A stretch of 64,000 nucleotides of DNA from Epiperipatus broadwayi (GCA_028023455.1 JAQFVV010000008.1:14322001-14386000), one strand, 5' to 3'; shown: positions 39,514 through 55,050, numbered from the stretch's first letter. A program made the numbers and translations. The notes: generated from the letters alone by a model not told the origin.

Positions 39514-42500
39514 CAGTGGTGGTGTTAGGCTGGTTGTCAATTGTCACCCACCTGCAAATTCTAACTTATCCTCCATCCCCTTCCACAACAAATTAACTTA
39601 GCTTAATTTTTTTTGTCATAATCATGTGGAAAGAATTTACAAGAAAAATCTGAGTAAAGGCATTTGCATGGTTTACAAGTTTTTTTTTTTTTTTGTGTTG
39701 TGAATTTTGAAGTGTATGTTCATTACAGCATATGGAGAAGCTGTCACAACAAACATAGAATCCAATTAAATATGGCTTATCTGAACCTTTATCACCCAGA
39801 ATAATCAAACAGTTTTCTCATTTGTCCAAATAGGTTCACTGATTTGCTGAATTATAAGCGTTTTAGTGCAAACAGATATCAAGACAGATGATCAAAATAT
39901 TTTATATAGTCCACAAAAGGTAAAAAAAAAAAATCAAATTACACTTTTTTTTTTTTTGATATGATCAATTAATAAGATGATGTAAAGGTTGTAGAAATAA
40001 AATTAAATTACAGATATATATTTATTCTATAGGTGTGTTTATTAGAATTTTCTGGATTTTATATTTACAAAAGTATTAATATTTTCAGTATTTTTTGTGA
40101 ACAAATAAACTGTTTAATCTTGATTGTAACATATTTGTTCGCAACTATGATTTATTTCATTAATTTAAATTTTGAGAATGACCATTCACCAATTGCTAAG
40201 CTCACTGGCATGCTTAATAGTGTACTTCAATTTGGTATTGTCAAATTATTCGTTTTAATAAAATTTAAAATATCTAGAGAATTTTCTATTTTTTTCCAAA
40301 TAAATATTTGCTCTGTATTTCATCGAATAGTTTTGACAGTATTGATATCTTTTTTTTTTTTTGGCCATCTTTTAAAAGAAGTTCTGATTCTTCACATTTT
40401 TTTTTTAATACTCATTATTTATATCAGATAGTTTATATTAAAAAAACTAAAATTATTAATACGTAGTTTAAATTGTCAACATTCATTTAATGATGTCCAG
40501 GCTATGTCCAGAAGTGTATAAAACACGTTTACTCTGATTTTATCTTTTGGTGTTTGTGGCATCTCTTCATAGTATTCATATTGAAACTAACATCTTTTGT
40601 TATCGTGTCGAACATATACAGAAAATTTAAATTTTGTTTCTCTGTCTACATCATCACTTACTTGTTTTATTGTACAAGGACTTCTTCATAATTCAAATGT
40701 GATTGATATATAAATGTTTTTAAATTTTCAACTGCTTCTAAAACTAGTGTTATATTCATATTTTTATCTTGGAGGGCTTTACTCACTAGATTTATTCAAT
40801 TAACTAAAATGCAAATTATTAGAGAATAAATGAGTTTATAATTTTTTTTTTTACAAAATGTGAGCTTCATGTTGAATTTCTTTATTGAATTTGTCACTAT
40901 TTAAAGTTTCAAAAAGTGCATTATATTTTTTCTAGTTGAAATCATAGTGGACAAATTGCTTTAATTTTGCTTTTCCATCATTTTTCTAATGGTTATTTTA
41001 GTGTTAAATTTGAAATGATTTGTAATAGAATCCTCCAACATTGCATTGAAGATGAAAAGAAATTATATAATGCTTGAATTGTTACAAAGAAGCTAACTGT
41101 ATCTATATTAATTTTTGCTGCATCATTTATCATTAAATTAAGTGTATATGCAGCACAAGTTACAAAAAAAACATGAGAATTTTTTAGTTTCCCTCATGTT
41201 TGTTCCATTATTACATCTTTGACCCTGCATGTCATCAATAGAAATGTTCCATTCTTCCAGTTTTCTAGTTATAATTTCAAACAAACCATAGTCAGTTGAA
41301 TCATTAATTTTTATAAAACCTAAGAAGTATTTTTTAATATCGTCTGTTCCATTTATGCAAGAAACAATTCTTATAACAAAAGTCATCAGTTTCATTTTGC
41401 TTGCATTAGGAGTGCAGTCTAATATAGAATAATGTTTAGATTCTCTAAAATGATTTTAAAAGTTGATTTTTTATTGCATTGCCCAACATTTCTATTAATT
41501 TATTTTGACTATCTTCACTTAAATAATGGACACTTTGATTTCCATAAAACTTGTTCAACATGACTTTCCAAATTAGGATCAAATTTGGCTAGCAACTCTA
41601 CTATTTCATTATTCCTGTGATATAATCAATCTGATGATCCTCATTTTAATTAATCTTTCCAAAGCATTTTGATCAATATTTCTTTTCTATGTCATATATA
41701 ATTTGTATTGATGATCGATTGTATTCTTGTTCTGCAAATTTTTTTCTAACTTTTTCCATTTCAAAAAAATATTCATATGATCTAAACTAATTTCATGTCT
41801 ATGTAAAGTTTTAGATAAATTTCTCCAGTCTTTATAACTTTCTACCCAAGTACTAAATTCAGCATGTGCAAAAAACTTATAGCAAAAGCAGAAAACAATA
41901 AAGATTTTGAATAAATTAATCATGTTCTTGCTACATTTTCCTTTGGTAGTACACATTGCTAAATTTATGTCTGTTTTTTCTCTTTAGATAGAATAATTTT
42001 TTATTTTAAGGAGGACCCATTTGAATCAATGTTACCCATAATCTGGCATCAATTTTTGGCCATTTTCCAATATCTTCTATGTCATCTAAGTTCATCAAAA
42101 CTAGCAATGGGTTACTTTGATTAATTTGAGGCTCTTTTTCGTATAAATCTTGTGTTTGATGTATTTGTTCATTAGTTGTAATGTTCATAAACGAACAGGC
42201 AACATTCATATTGATTTCTGAAGAATGGCATTGAAGTACCCTGAAATGTTTTTTAACAAATGCTTCTTTTTCATTGTTATGTTTGCAATTTTGTGAACCG
42301 GATAATTTTTTTTAGTTTTTCCATGTTTTATAATTAAAACTAAAAATTATTTAATTTTTATTAAAATTTGTTATTTTGTATAATAAACATTTAACTGTGA
42401 AAACTTACAAATTAATGAATTTAATATATTAAATTCTATCTGTTACTGAAACAAATAGCATCAGTAGTTTATTTGTAACTAAAATTTAATTTCCAGTTTT

Positions 42501-42964
42501 ATGTAATGCATAATAATTTATAAGTTTTTTCCTATATTAATTAATTATTCTAAAATGTCAGCTTTTAAAATTTTATTCTTTTTAATAAATGCACAGATCT
42601 GCATACTAGAATATAATAAATTATTTGCCAGGACATACGAGTATGTGCCTGTACGACAAGCATAAAACTGTCGCCACTATAGTAAGACCTACTCGGTTTT
42701 TTTATTCATTTATTAATGCTATCTATACCGATATCTCTTTCTAAAACTCAACTGGTGCTGAATATAGTTATCCCTTTTACATCCAATTTTGTTTGCTCAT
42801 TGAGTAAAGTTTTTTGTAAAACCACAATCAATAATTTTTACACTTCCAGGGATTTATATAAATAAAGCCTAGTCATCAAGGAATGTTGATAATATTTGGA
42901 TATACTTGGCGACCTTTTTTTAACCACACTCATTTGTACTGCAGGTCTGCTTATGCCGGCCCTG
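39514..42964 (-). mobile_element. Decayed full-length hAT transposon (ZMYM1-like transposase)
   Basis: DIGKWP..LIQMGP, FCFCYKF..DWRNL..HE.S..H, FLGFI...L...I.DMQGQ..NGTNM, ALYNFFSSS..W.IL, and the dimerisation motif MPVSLAIGEWSFSKFKLMK (~40150-40230); right end CAGGGCCGG TIR; flanks attgttag / attgttat (7 of 8). The left TIR is degenerate. Confidence 0.78.
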
Positions 42965-43292
42965 ATTGTTATTACTTTTAATAAAATAAAATTATCATTC
43001 ACATTTAAAAAAAACTATCTATGCATAATATTGCATCAGAAACATGATTGTTAATGATAAGTATAAAAAAACAAAAAAACAACCATGTATGTATATTTAT
43101 GTAAGATGTATTTCTAAAGCTCTTAGTTTAGGACCAATAAAATGAAATGATAAGTAACATAAAAATAATAAAATATCTTTTGCTAGTGGAATGAGAATTC
43201 ACTATATATATATATACACGGACACAAATATAAGGGAATAGATTGCACATTTTTGTATTATTTTTGATTTGATACTATTTTATTTCTATTAG

Positions 43293-43397
43293 ATTGCTGC
43301 TCAGATTTGTCGACAAGGAGGATTAGTTAAACTTCCTGGCAAGAGTGTCATGGATGAGCATGAAGATAATTTTGCCATTGTATTCGCTGCTATGGGT
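43293..43397 (+). CDS. ATP6V1B: V-ATPase subunit B exon (105 nt)
   Basis: tattag|ATT GCT...ATG GGT|gtaagt encodes [35 protein letters not shown]. Confidence 0.98.
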
Positions 43398-45508
43398 GTA
43401 AGTTACATTTTCTCACAAAAATACATTCATACATGCATTATACATAAATATGTATATTTATATTCTTTTGAGAATAATTCATTAACCATTGAAATCTTTC
43501 TTCATGTAAAGGATTTTTTTAAGCAAATTTTATTGTTCATTTGCTTCTCACGCCTAATCTAATAATAGTATATATGCTCTTACAATTGTAGATTTAATAT
43601 TATTTCATTCATTTTGCATTTTTAGAACATTATAATGCATCATTAAATTAATTTATTCCATTGCCTTTACATTATGTTGATAGGGTTTTGTGCCTCACTT
43701 CCATACAATAAATTCAGAATATTAGTCTTTATATAATTAATTAATGAAGACAGAATTAGTATGAAAAAGCAGTTCAGCAAAATTATTCAACATGTCCTTG
43801 ATTGATAATTATCATGGGAGCAAAAAATATTTAAGAATAAACATAATTATACCAACAACATATATAATACTACATATATGCATAGCTCTAATGAATTTAC
43901 AATCAAGAAAAATACCACACATACCAAATTGCATACTACTATATCCCTTACATAATTGATATGCAGATATAACAAATAGTGTCTGTTTTATATATTTTTC
44001 ATTACTAAGCTCTTTATGGTGAATTTCCATATCATATCAAAAAAAAGAAATATAGACAGATATGCCCTGAGAATCTTTCAAAAGCAGAATAAGCGCATAG
44101 AAGTTAATACCCATATGTATCTGCATTATTTGGTAATAATATGCAAAGCACATAAAAGCTCTATGGAAAATGATTCAGATCATTCCCTATTCTAGAAATC
44201 ATTATCAGATCACACTCTGTTTCCAAAAAACAAAACTTGTTTATAAAAGTTTACAACAGAAAGTTATGAAAAAAAAGTATAGCTTATTTCCACATGTTAA
44301 TTAATCATTCAAACAAATATACAACAATGTGTAGCTCAATAGAGAAGAGCTTAAATCCACATACAATCTTCACCTTTACATAGGGTTGCAATCTTATTTA
44401 TACTCATCTTAGTACTCTGGCAATCATCTCTAATGCTTAAAAATATTCTAGGGGACAATCAATTTATCAAACTACTCTAATGCAAAGCAATCATTATATA
44501 AATATTTTTATGGCTTATATATCATCATCATTAGCAGCTACTGAAAAACAAATTAGGTTAAATACGAATTTTTTATAACTATTTTATAGTGCAAAAATTA
44601 TAACAATAGACCATTTGAATTCATTAGAGCCACTACTATTATTTTTAACATCTTCAAGAAGAAAAAATTATCTCAAATCCAGGCATTACTTTGATACAAA
44701 TATTTTTATTTTTAAATTCCTTTAGTTCTCCATTCTTGTAATGTTTTTACTGACATTAAATTTATAGTTATTTTTCCAAGTGTTCTAATTTTAATTAATG
44801 CTATTTCTTAAAAAAATATTTAGAACAAACACTATAATTCGTCAAAAAAAAATGTGTATTTTTTTTTCTTTAAAATTACAGAATAGTTATTAAAAACACA
44901 TGTAACAGAAACTGATTTAATCATTTTTTCTAATAACCTATCAAAATGATGTTTTTAATTTTAAAAAGAGAAAGTAAAACTAATACATTCTTTATTTTTA
45001 AATATGTAAATTGGTTTTACTATTTAGTCTGTCTTTTATTTTATTTATGCACTCTAAAATATATTTTATATATCTTTATTCATTTATGAAAATTTAATCA
45101 TATCTCATATAATAACTTTTTTTTTTTCACAATTTTATTAATGAACTTACATATTATATTCCTTGAAGATGGATAAAATTTTGATAAAACTAATATTAAA
45201 ATGAGTAATTTTTTAATAAAAAACAACAAATAGAAGCAAAAAAGATTTGTGATTATTTTATTTTATTATCACCGAATATAAAACAATATAAGACTGATGA
45301 AAAATAACAAACATAAACTAATTGAAAAGTAGAGATAATGCAGCTAATTCTTATAAAAAAGCTTAACAAGTTTTGAAAATTCAATTTCATAATATGAACA
45401 TTATTGAAGCTGTAAATCAATTTCATTAATTAACGAGTTTTAGTGTTTAAGCTTTTTAGATTAACAATTTTGCTTAAATTAAAAATAATTTAACAATATA
45501 CTTCTTAC

Positions 45509-45540
45509 CTCCTTTCCTTTTATATAAAATTTCCTTATCT
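45509..45540 (-). CDS. Candidate antisense micro-exon (32 nt)
   Basis: tactttag|A GAT AAG GAA ATT TTA TAT AAA AGG AAA GGA G|gtaaga encodes DKEILYKRKG; phase 2 to 1. Confidence 0.38.
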
Positions 45541-45949
45541 CTAAAGTATATAGGTGTAGCATGTGCTTGTTCTTGCTGCACCCTTTACCTAAAAAGTAAC
45601 TGGACTTGGTATAACTTATCTGCAAGTCTTGATTAATAACAACTTAATACCCCCATAAATATTCAACATTTGAATCTTTTCTAAAAGTAACTTTATGTTT
45701 TATGACTCATGTTTGCATTATATGTAATAAGTATAGAAGGCGCCATGATTAAATTAATTTCTTTACAAAATATACGTTCCTTTTTATGGAATAACCATTT
45801 TTTTATTCAACATGGCAACTCTGGGGAAAAAACGAACTTTAGAGTCATGCACTAAATTTCAGTCTTTAAATTTTGAACCTAAAAATATAACATGCTTTTT
45901 AGCTATAATCCAAATCACATAGAAGATTATTTACATTCTTTTATAACAA

Positions 45950-47800
45950 TAAATGCAGTTCATTAGATGTTTTGAAGAATCTGGTATTGGAAGTATAACA
46001 CTATGAGGACTAGTTCTCTTTGCTAATAGTTGAATAAGGTTTTTTTATACTTCTTCATTATTATTCAATTATTATCAATTACTGCAAATTGAAAGCCAGT
46101 TTCTCTGATCCATCAGTAAATTTCTCATCCATCTCATACATGGTCTCTTTCTAAGTTTTTTTTACTATTTCTTGGAATCTAATTTAAGTCTTCAACTGCC
46201 TATCTATTATTATTTCTTCTAGCAATATCCAGTCCATCTCCATTTCAATCTCTAGTATTTGTTTGTCTCTCACTTATGTATCTCACTTTTATTATCTTAT
46301 TATTTTCAACATATATTTCTCTCTACTTTGTTAAGTGATCTAAAGATTCTGGATTGCTCTTCTGGAAAATGTCCAAGTCTCATGTTCATAATATTATATA
46401 TTAAAAACCTTTCTTTTCAAACACATAGGCATATTTCCTATTAATATTATTTCTACCAAAAGCAGTTCATCCAAGTTTGATAAAGATTAATTTCATCCAT
46501 TGTGCTTCCATCTTGCATTAATAGTCTAATGCTTTTTACTTCATAATTATCAATCTTTATTTTCTTTTGAGAAAAGTCTATTAAACATAATTTTAATCTT
46601 TTTAGAATATATTTTTAGCCTATTTTTTTCCTTTCATTTCATAATTCTTGCAATATTTTTTGAAGTATTCCTTGCAAAAAACAATTACATCTTCAAAATC
46701 TAAATGACTTAAATAATCTTTATGTATTTTTATTCTCTTTAATCATTGCTGTTGCATTTTGATAAATATTCTTTAGAATATGACCATATTTTGGTCTATA
46801 TCTTGATAGTCCAAAGTTTTAATCATTGTGGAATTGCCTTTTCATAATCTACAAATCAGAAACATTATGGCAGTTCATAATTTACTAATCCTTTCTACAA
46901 TATTTCTTAATATTTAGATATAATTGATTGTATTAAAACCATTTGTAAATCTAGCTTATTCTTTTGGTTGGTTTGAATTCAAAGTTTGTTACTGCTGACT
47001 TATAATTATCTCAGTAAAGATTTTGTATAGAACTATAGTTTTTCTTAAATATCAATATTATAGCTAAATTTTTTTCAATCATCTGGTTTATCTTTATCAT
47101 TTAGACATTTGATATATAGTTTTGTCAATCTTCACCTGCTTCTTTTAAAATATCAATAATAATTCTATCAAATCCTGGAGCTTTTTCCTTCATCATTGAT
47201 TTAATTGCATGTCTCACTTCTTCATTTTTCTTTTCTTGCTCATTATTGCTTTATAATTCTTTGTAAAATTCTTCTATACATTTCATTGTAATGCCCCTCA
47301 TTTTTAAAATGTTTCATTTTTTTCTTTTTTTATTACTGAAATAATTTATCATCCAATACCAAGATGTTATTTTATACTTTTGAATCTTCTGTTCTTTTTT
47401 GAAGTTTTCCTTACCAATTCACAGTTATATTTTATATCATAATTAACTCATTTTTATACTGCTTTATAGAATTCCAGATATTCACTTGATTATAATGGAT
47501 CATTTAAAAATATTTTTACATTCCTTCTTTTTTTTTAAAATTGTCCAGTTGAATTTTACCAAAAATTATTGCTCTTTCTTACCAGCTGTGTTTGTTGCAA
47601 TTCTTAGTAAAATTTTAATTATTTTCTTATTGGTCTCAGTTTGAACCATCTTCAAAATCTGTCAGTATTTTAAAAATAAGTAGCAATTTCTAATTTAGAT
47701 TCATTGGAGTGTTTTTGAATGTTAAAAATATCAATTATTAATACTAATTTTTTTTAATAGTTTTTGTCTCTAGTTTTGCATTAACATATATTGAACCTAT
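45950..47800 (-). mobile_element. Decayed RTE-clade LINE (boundaries approximate)
   Basis: FVDYEKA (~46850), HLDFEDVIV (~HLRFADDIV, ~46700); layout parallels the 24740-26900 copy. Confidence 0.75.
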
Positions 47801-48875
47801 TAAGAACATTATAACCTTGAAATACATATTACAAAATATAATCCAATTATACAATAAATTTATTTAAATATTTCCATGTCCACTTCTGTTTAGCATTTCT
47901 CTCAAAGAAAGAATTTATAATACAATATACAATTTTTTCCTGCAATTTCCACAATTCTATGTCATCTCTCATTTTTGTCACTTTAACCAAATTCACCCAT
48001 TGCACTTTAAGACTGATTGGAAAATCTGATTTTATATTTGGATTCACTATCAAAAAGTTTAGTTAAAACGAGCATCAAAATCCTTGGGACAAAAACATAA
48101 TTTTTTCTCTCTCTTTTTTTTTTTTTTTTTGTATAGAATAAGTATTTCTCTTCCCACAAGCTTATTAACTAAATCTCTGACAAAAACTCATTCCACTACA
48201 TGTTGCAGAAAGATCTTTTTTTTTTTTTTAGATATTTCAATGCAATTTCATATATGGGTGATGTTAATAAAATGTAAATTTAATTTAGAATTAAAAATTA
48301 TTTGTGAATTCCCTCAATGTTATTTAGTATTCATTTAATGCAAAACATTTAAAATAGTAATTTAAATTTAATCATAATCTAGAATTTTAATTACCTTTAA
48401 ATTAAATATTTATATGAGAATAATTTAATTAATACATTTTTTATCAAATACAATGTTGATCTCAAAATTATGCTTAGATTATCATATTGCTTACTTTTAT
48501 TTACAAGCTTAGTTCTCAAAAAACAAAAAAAAAAAAAATTCTATGGAATACAATTCCAGAACTTAATCTTTCAAAACAAAAAAAATTGAAAATGTTAAAA
48601 TAGAAGATTAATTACAATTAAATAGTCAGAATTATCTGGTCAATTTGTAAACAAGCAGGATATTAATTAATTAATTCACTTTCATTTAGGGAGATTTATT
48701 AATATAAAAACCTAAGAAATAACTGTTTTTTCTTTGAAACAGTAATTGTAAGGAAATATGAAGAATCATTTATTAGCCTAGTTAAAGATATTTATTGTGC
48801 TTTTTAGTTTTACACTAATGAAGAAAAAAATTACCTTTCTTTGTTGCTAAATAATTATTAATTGTCGATACTAAC

Positions 48876-48903
48876 ACTGCCAGCTTTTTACTGGATGACA
48901 AAA
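48876..48903 (-). CDS. Candidate antisense micro-exon (28 nt)
   Basis: aattcttcag|TT TTG TCA TCC AGT AAA AAG CTG GCA GT|gttagt encodes (V)LSSSKKLA(V); phase 1 to 2. Confidence 0.33.
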
Positions 48904-50121
48904 CTGAAGAATTTACTTTGTTAATACAGTTTTTTCTATATAAAGATTTGGATGAATATCATAGGCAAAAGTTTTTTGAACTCATATCACTAACATCACA
49001 TGCTATTTTTATATTCACTCTCAAGGTCTGCATAATAATCTGGTATTGCATCTTGCTAAACTAAGAGCAAGATATTATTGGATAATTGGTCAACTTGGAT
49101 AATTAGTCAACTAATCAAGATTAATACTACAAAGCTAGTTTTTATTATCATGTTCAAATTATACTTAGTATAAAAATTAAAGTAAACAAAATAAATTTTA
49201 CAAAGCTGTAAAGAAACAAATAGCTGTTGTCAAATCTAAGATTTAAACATGTTATTAAAGGTCTTTATTCCTGATTATCAAATGATTTACTTTCATCATA
49301 TCTAGTTTTGGATTGCATTTAATTAGTTTCTGAAGATATATACAGATTTTTATGAATTATTGGATAAGTCTATTAATACAAACCTGTAATCGTGTGTGAT
49401 TTAATGCAGTGGTAGATTCAAAACAAAAGGTCCTGGATAGAGGACAATTTAGTTCCAACTGTGTATCCAATTTTTTCTCATACAGCTAAGAACTTATTAC
49501 ATTCACTGACTATGGATTTCTTGGAAATTGTCTGCTCCACATATGTACATTTAATTTGATTCCTCATCACATTTATGCAATTTTAATAGTTTTTATGTAA
49601 GCTGTTCTATATTTCTAAGCTCATATATTTATTTATTTATTTTGTTTATTTAATTAATCTAACATGATTATTAATTTAAATCTAATGTTGACTTCGAATC
49701 ATTTTTTTCTTTAAAAAAATATATATTTTAATTACTAAATTGTAGATATAAACTACATTGATAATTGATATCTTGGCAATTTATAGCTTGCCATAACATT
49801 TCTTTATTTAATTAAAGCATTGTTTTTTAAAACACATGACTAAAAATCATTTCCCCCTTTAATATAGAAGTTATCTTAAAATATTCACTAATGCTTGCTT
49901 TCTTTCTAAATTACTTAATATTTTGTATAATGATTGATATATCTAAACATATATTTCAATTAATAAATTTTTTTTGCTAACTAGATTTTGTATATAATTT
50001 GTATTCTTTATATAGAATTTATACATATGCATATCTATACATAAAATATAATTTTAAAAACATTTTTATTTGCAAGTAATAAATCAATTATTTTATAGTA
50101 ATGTAGATTCATATATATTGA

Positions 50122-50223
<102 letters not shown>

Positions 50224-52298
50224 TAAGTATTAGTCTAATTTATCAATTTTTTTTTTTTTTTAAATTATTAAGTTATTAGAAATAAAAATTGTGTATCCTA
50301 TAAGAATATAATTTACTAAAATAATTACGTTTAACACTTCCATAAAATATATACTTTATAGATATAATCTATTTGATATAAGTTTATGTTTTTTAATTAT
50401 TAAGCACTAATTAGTCATTATCATTTCAAAATCTATTTTAGACATTCTGCTTCATAATTTTTTTTCTTTATTTTGGTTTGTTTGTTTTTGTTTTTTTTTT
50501 AAATCTGAAGTTACATTTTTATCCAACTTTATTTAGCTTTTATTTATTATTGTTTTAGTAATAATATTCATTATTGATTTTAAAAGTACAAAACTGAATC
50601 ATACATTATAATGTAGATATTTCTCAATATCTTTGAATATGTTTATAATGTTTCCATGACATTTTTTTTTTTAAATGTGGTCATGTAGTTTTTTTTTTCA
50701 AGTTGAGCTTTTTGTAGGTTATTGTTTCTGCTATTTATCAACTACATATCATAATTTCACTGATATTTTTCTGCATTTTTTTTTTCTTTTGCATTCTATC
50801 TTCAAATTGATTTTTATCATTCATGCTTAAAGTGGTTTTATTTTAAGTAATAAATATTCCAATAAAGTCATTAGCAGGAATATTTGAAATATTGCTTTCA
50901 GTTTTTTTTAAACTTATTTTTTGAAATTCTAAAAAAAAAAATTAAGTAGGAAAAATTATAGCTAATTAAGGGATTATTTGATCATCGTATGTGAAGTAGT
51001 AGCATTTAATTTAGCCACTTATTTTTCTTACTCCAATTTTGCATCATGGTAATCCATAATAAATACATGTCCCATGCTATTCTATCCACATCCTCAGATT
51101 AGTTTTTTATATATAGCTTTAATAGTGAGGAGTTTTATAATGCCTTTTTTTTTTTTTTTAAGCTATCTTTTACTCTCTCTTTCTTTTTTTTTTTATTGCC
51201 AAGCTATCATATTGAAATTCAAAAACATCTTAATGTTTTGACTCCAAACCTACTTGCTTATATAATTATATAGATTTGTCACCAGTATATATATATATAT
51301 TGGTATTCTCGGTTTTTTAATAAGTTGGAACCTCTAAATTTCTTAAACAGGATTGTCACAAAATTAACAAAACATTACATGATCCCATTTCATACAATAC
51401 TTTTATATAACAAATATTGTTTCTCCTCTGTTTCTGTAATCTAATGTAAACTTGAGTGTTCAGTATATTGTGTCAATTGGAGTCATGTAGTGTTTTGTTG
51501 GTTTTATTATTTATGATTAAATAAATATTGTAAGGGATTTGTAGATTTGATGATCTACTAAGATCCCTTAATTCATTTTATATGAACTTTTTTTTTTTTC
51601 TAAGTTAAGTTTATATATGTGTGTGCTTATAATGCCACTAAATTTTAGAAGTTAGTAATATAAATATATTAGCTATTAGGAAGATATGATGTTGGGCAGA
51701 TTAAAGTTGTTATTGCGGTCATTGAGTGGAAATAGTGTTATACTTGCTTAATCAGAAGTGTCACTATGTTAGTCCAGTTGAAGAATTACAATAAATTGTG
51801 CATACCACTTCAATTTAGATCATATTATGTGGCAAAATTATTTATTTAAAATTTTAAAGTTCTTCACATTATTAAAATGAGTGAATACATACTGTATATA
51901 TTTTCTTTACAATCTATAATTTCTTAACAAATATTTATTCATGTAAACTAAGTACTGCCTACTTGGTTAAATTTAAGAAATGCAGTTATTTTTTAAAATT
52001 ATAAATATTTACTAACTGCAAACAACAAGAAATATTCTTAAGTGTATATATACAGCATAATCTCATCAATGAAAATACTATGTTAAATGAGTATAATAAT
52101 CAATATAAAATTTTATAATTTATTCAACTAATTGGGTTTTTTTTATTGCTAATATAACTATGAAGAAAAATTTAAATACATCAAGTAATTTTATTTATTT
52201 GTATTTTCTCGTTTGTTTTCATGAAATCAATTGCAAAAGAGCATGTGTTATTACATACTGTGCGTTTTGGCACAGTTGATTGTGTTCGACTTAGAATT

Positions 52299-52328
52299 GG
52301 GGAAGTGGGGGGTGGGGGTGTCCCAGGG
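52299..52328 (+). other. Potential G-quadruplex motif
   Basis: GGGG aagt GGGGGG t GGGGG tgtccca GGG: four G-tracts in an AT-rich intron. Confidence 0.45.
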
Positions 52329-53299
52329 TAGGTTCTGGTGCTTGAATTTCTTATGAATTCCCAAGCAAAAATGCTAAGTCTTTTTTTTTTTTTTAATATG
52401 TCATTATTGTTATTAAAAAACATGGTAATCTAAAAAAAAAACTCCCTAAATAAATTTTCATTCATAATACATAATTATTTTAACAATTTAAATCTTCAGT
52501 TTTTTAAAATTACCATTGGAAAAATGTGGAATAGAAATTTGCATAGTATTATTCTTAAAGATAGAGTTAAAAAGACAACATGCCACTAAAATCTTTTTTC
52601 TTATTTTATTTAATTTGCATCCAATTTGAATTATCTCGTGTGAAATAAAACTTGTTTTTTTTTTTTTTTTGTTCAAATTCTCTGTGCTTTTGCTATGTTG
52701 ATACTTTTAATTTATTTTATTGTGACATTGAGCACTTAAGGATACAAATAAGCTAAGATTTGTGTTTCTGAATATGTAGGAGCTGAATTGTATAACTTTT
52801 CTTAAAAAATTATATTTTCAATGTCATTCTGTAAATAGTTTGGAAAAGATAGGCAGCTTTTCAGTAAGATAAAAAGAATAAATTAAGAGATCTATATGAA
52901 AAGTATATTCAAAAATATAATACTGTAATAGATTTTCCTTTTTAATTGTTTTGACATTAGTGTTAATGGACATCATCATAGTTTCCTATTTAGTATTGGT
53001 TTTTTAATTGCATAGTATTTTCTGTTTTTGAGCATTTCATTCATGTATTTGTTAATCTGCTTCTTCTTGCCACATCTACTATTTCCCTTCCCCACAATAT
53101 TCTTATTTATTCTGAATGAACAAATCTTCCAAAATGTTTTCACTTTTTTTTCATTATACCATTAATCAAATTTTTTTATTTACGTTGACAGTCTATATTT
53201 TTAATCTTGCAAATTTTTTTTATATCTGTCTTTCTATATATATAAATTTCTGAAACATATAATGCTATTTTCCAGTTGTATTTGTAAATCTTTTTTCTA

Positions 53300-55050
53300 C
53301 ATCTACTGTGATATTTTTCAATGTTAACCTTTTTTTATTTCAATGGAATCATTTTTTTTTTATGTATTCCAAGATAGCAAAAGCTTTACTCTGCTCTATC
53401 CAGTTAATTGCTGACTATGGATATCATAAGTTTAGTTTTATTTAAGGTAATTTAATTATAAATTAGAATATTACATAAAGTTTCCATTTGCAAATGCTTT
53501 TTCTCAGAATGATATTTTAATAATTATTAAAATTTATTAAGACTGAAGGCAAGCATTGGCTGGCCATTATCAATGATTATAAAATATTTGATTATAGTTT
53601 TTTAATCCTCGTTATTTTATTTAGCCTTCAATCAGAGAATGTAACATTTTGCAAATCTTGTTTATTTTCACTCGTAATAGCATTATCATCTGCATATTAG
53701 ATCACATTGAATATTTTTTCCATTTTTAATTATTTTTTTTAGATATATCTTAATAAATTTTCAGAATACTTTATCATATATTTATATATGATATACATTG
53801 CTAGGTTTGACACAGTGGGCATTGTATTTATATGACCAGTACTTAGAAATTAGGAATTTATCTCTCGGATAATATTATATATTATTTGGTGCTGTTTAAT
53901 CTAACATGACATATATGATATTTTATTGTTTGTTTACAGTGTTCTTAAAAATTAATAGCAATTAATTCTATCTTTGTAAATTTGATTATAAATTGATTTA
54001 TATGAAGCTGTTTTGATATCTTTTTCCATTTGTATCTATCAGCTACCCTTTCATAACTTACAATTTCATTACTGCCAAATATATATCTTTTTCATTTATT
54101 TTCTTAATTACTTCTAAGTTTGCTAACTTTATTTTTTTAATTTATCCTTTTCATTTTTTAAATCTACCGTTCTAGAGTCTTGAATCTTTTATACTTTTTT
54201 ATAACTTGCTATTTCACATCTAATACTACATATATGAAAGTTTATTGTTTACAATGTTATTAAAAAGAATAGCAATTAATTTTGTCTTCGTAAATTTGGT
54301 TATAAATTGATTTAGATGGGGCTGTTTTGATATCTCAGCTTATTTAAATTTCATGCTTACTGATGTCTTAACATCTACTTAGGAAAATGAATTAAAATGA
54401 TTTTTTTATGTTCATTATGTTGATAGCTTTAACAATGAAGGGTATTGCATTAATTTGATCAGTACTTAGAAGTGTATATCTTAGGTAATGCATGCATACT
54501 GTACATATCAAAAATAAGTTAATGACCATAACTTATGAACATTTAACTTTTCTTCTGCTATATCTCATTAATAGTCCTGGTTTTTGTGGAGTTAATTATT
54601 ATTTTATATCTTGAGTATAATTTTCTTTTCTTTAATGCACTTAACATTGTAGTCCAATCTGTTATCAAATATCTTTTTATCATTAGTTATCTTTAAAATA
54701 GATGATTGTGAACATTAATGTAATAACTTTTTAAAGTGCTATTGTTCTTTTCTTTATTCTTTAAATACTCATGGCTAAACTTTTGTTTCATATCATCGGT
54801 GAGTTTATTTCTTTTCTTATCTCTCTTTCCATTTCTGTCTACATATTATTTTTTCGGTAACTTAAATAATATTACTACTGCCAAATATATATCTTTTTCA
54901 TTTATTTTCTTACTCACTTCTAAAATTGCTAACTTTATCTTTTTAACATATCCTTTTCACATTTCTAGAGTCTCCAATCTTTTATACTTTTTTATAACTT
55001 GCCATTCACAATTATATTTTTGTACGATATTGTTTTTCTTTGTCTCTCTT
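53300..55050 (-). mobile_element. Decayed LINE RT/3' remnants with internal duplications
   Basis: YADD (~53690), LNKTKLMI, FCYLGI, KRLETLEM; 53936-54021 resembles 54250-54335, and 54069-54221 resembles 54873-55010. Confidence 0.6.
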
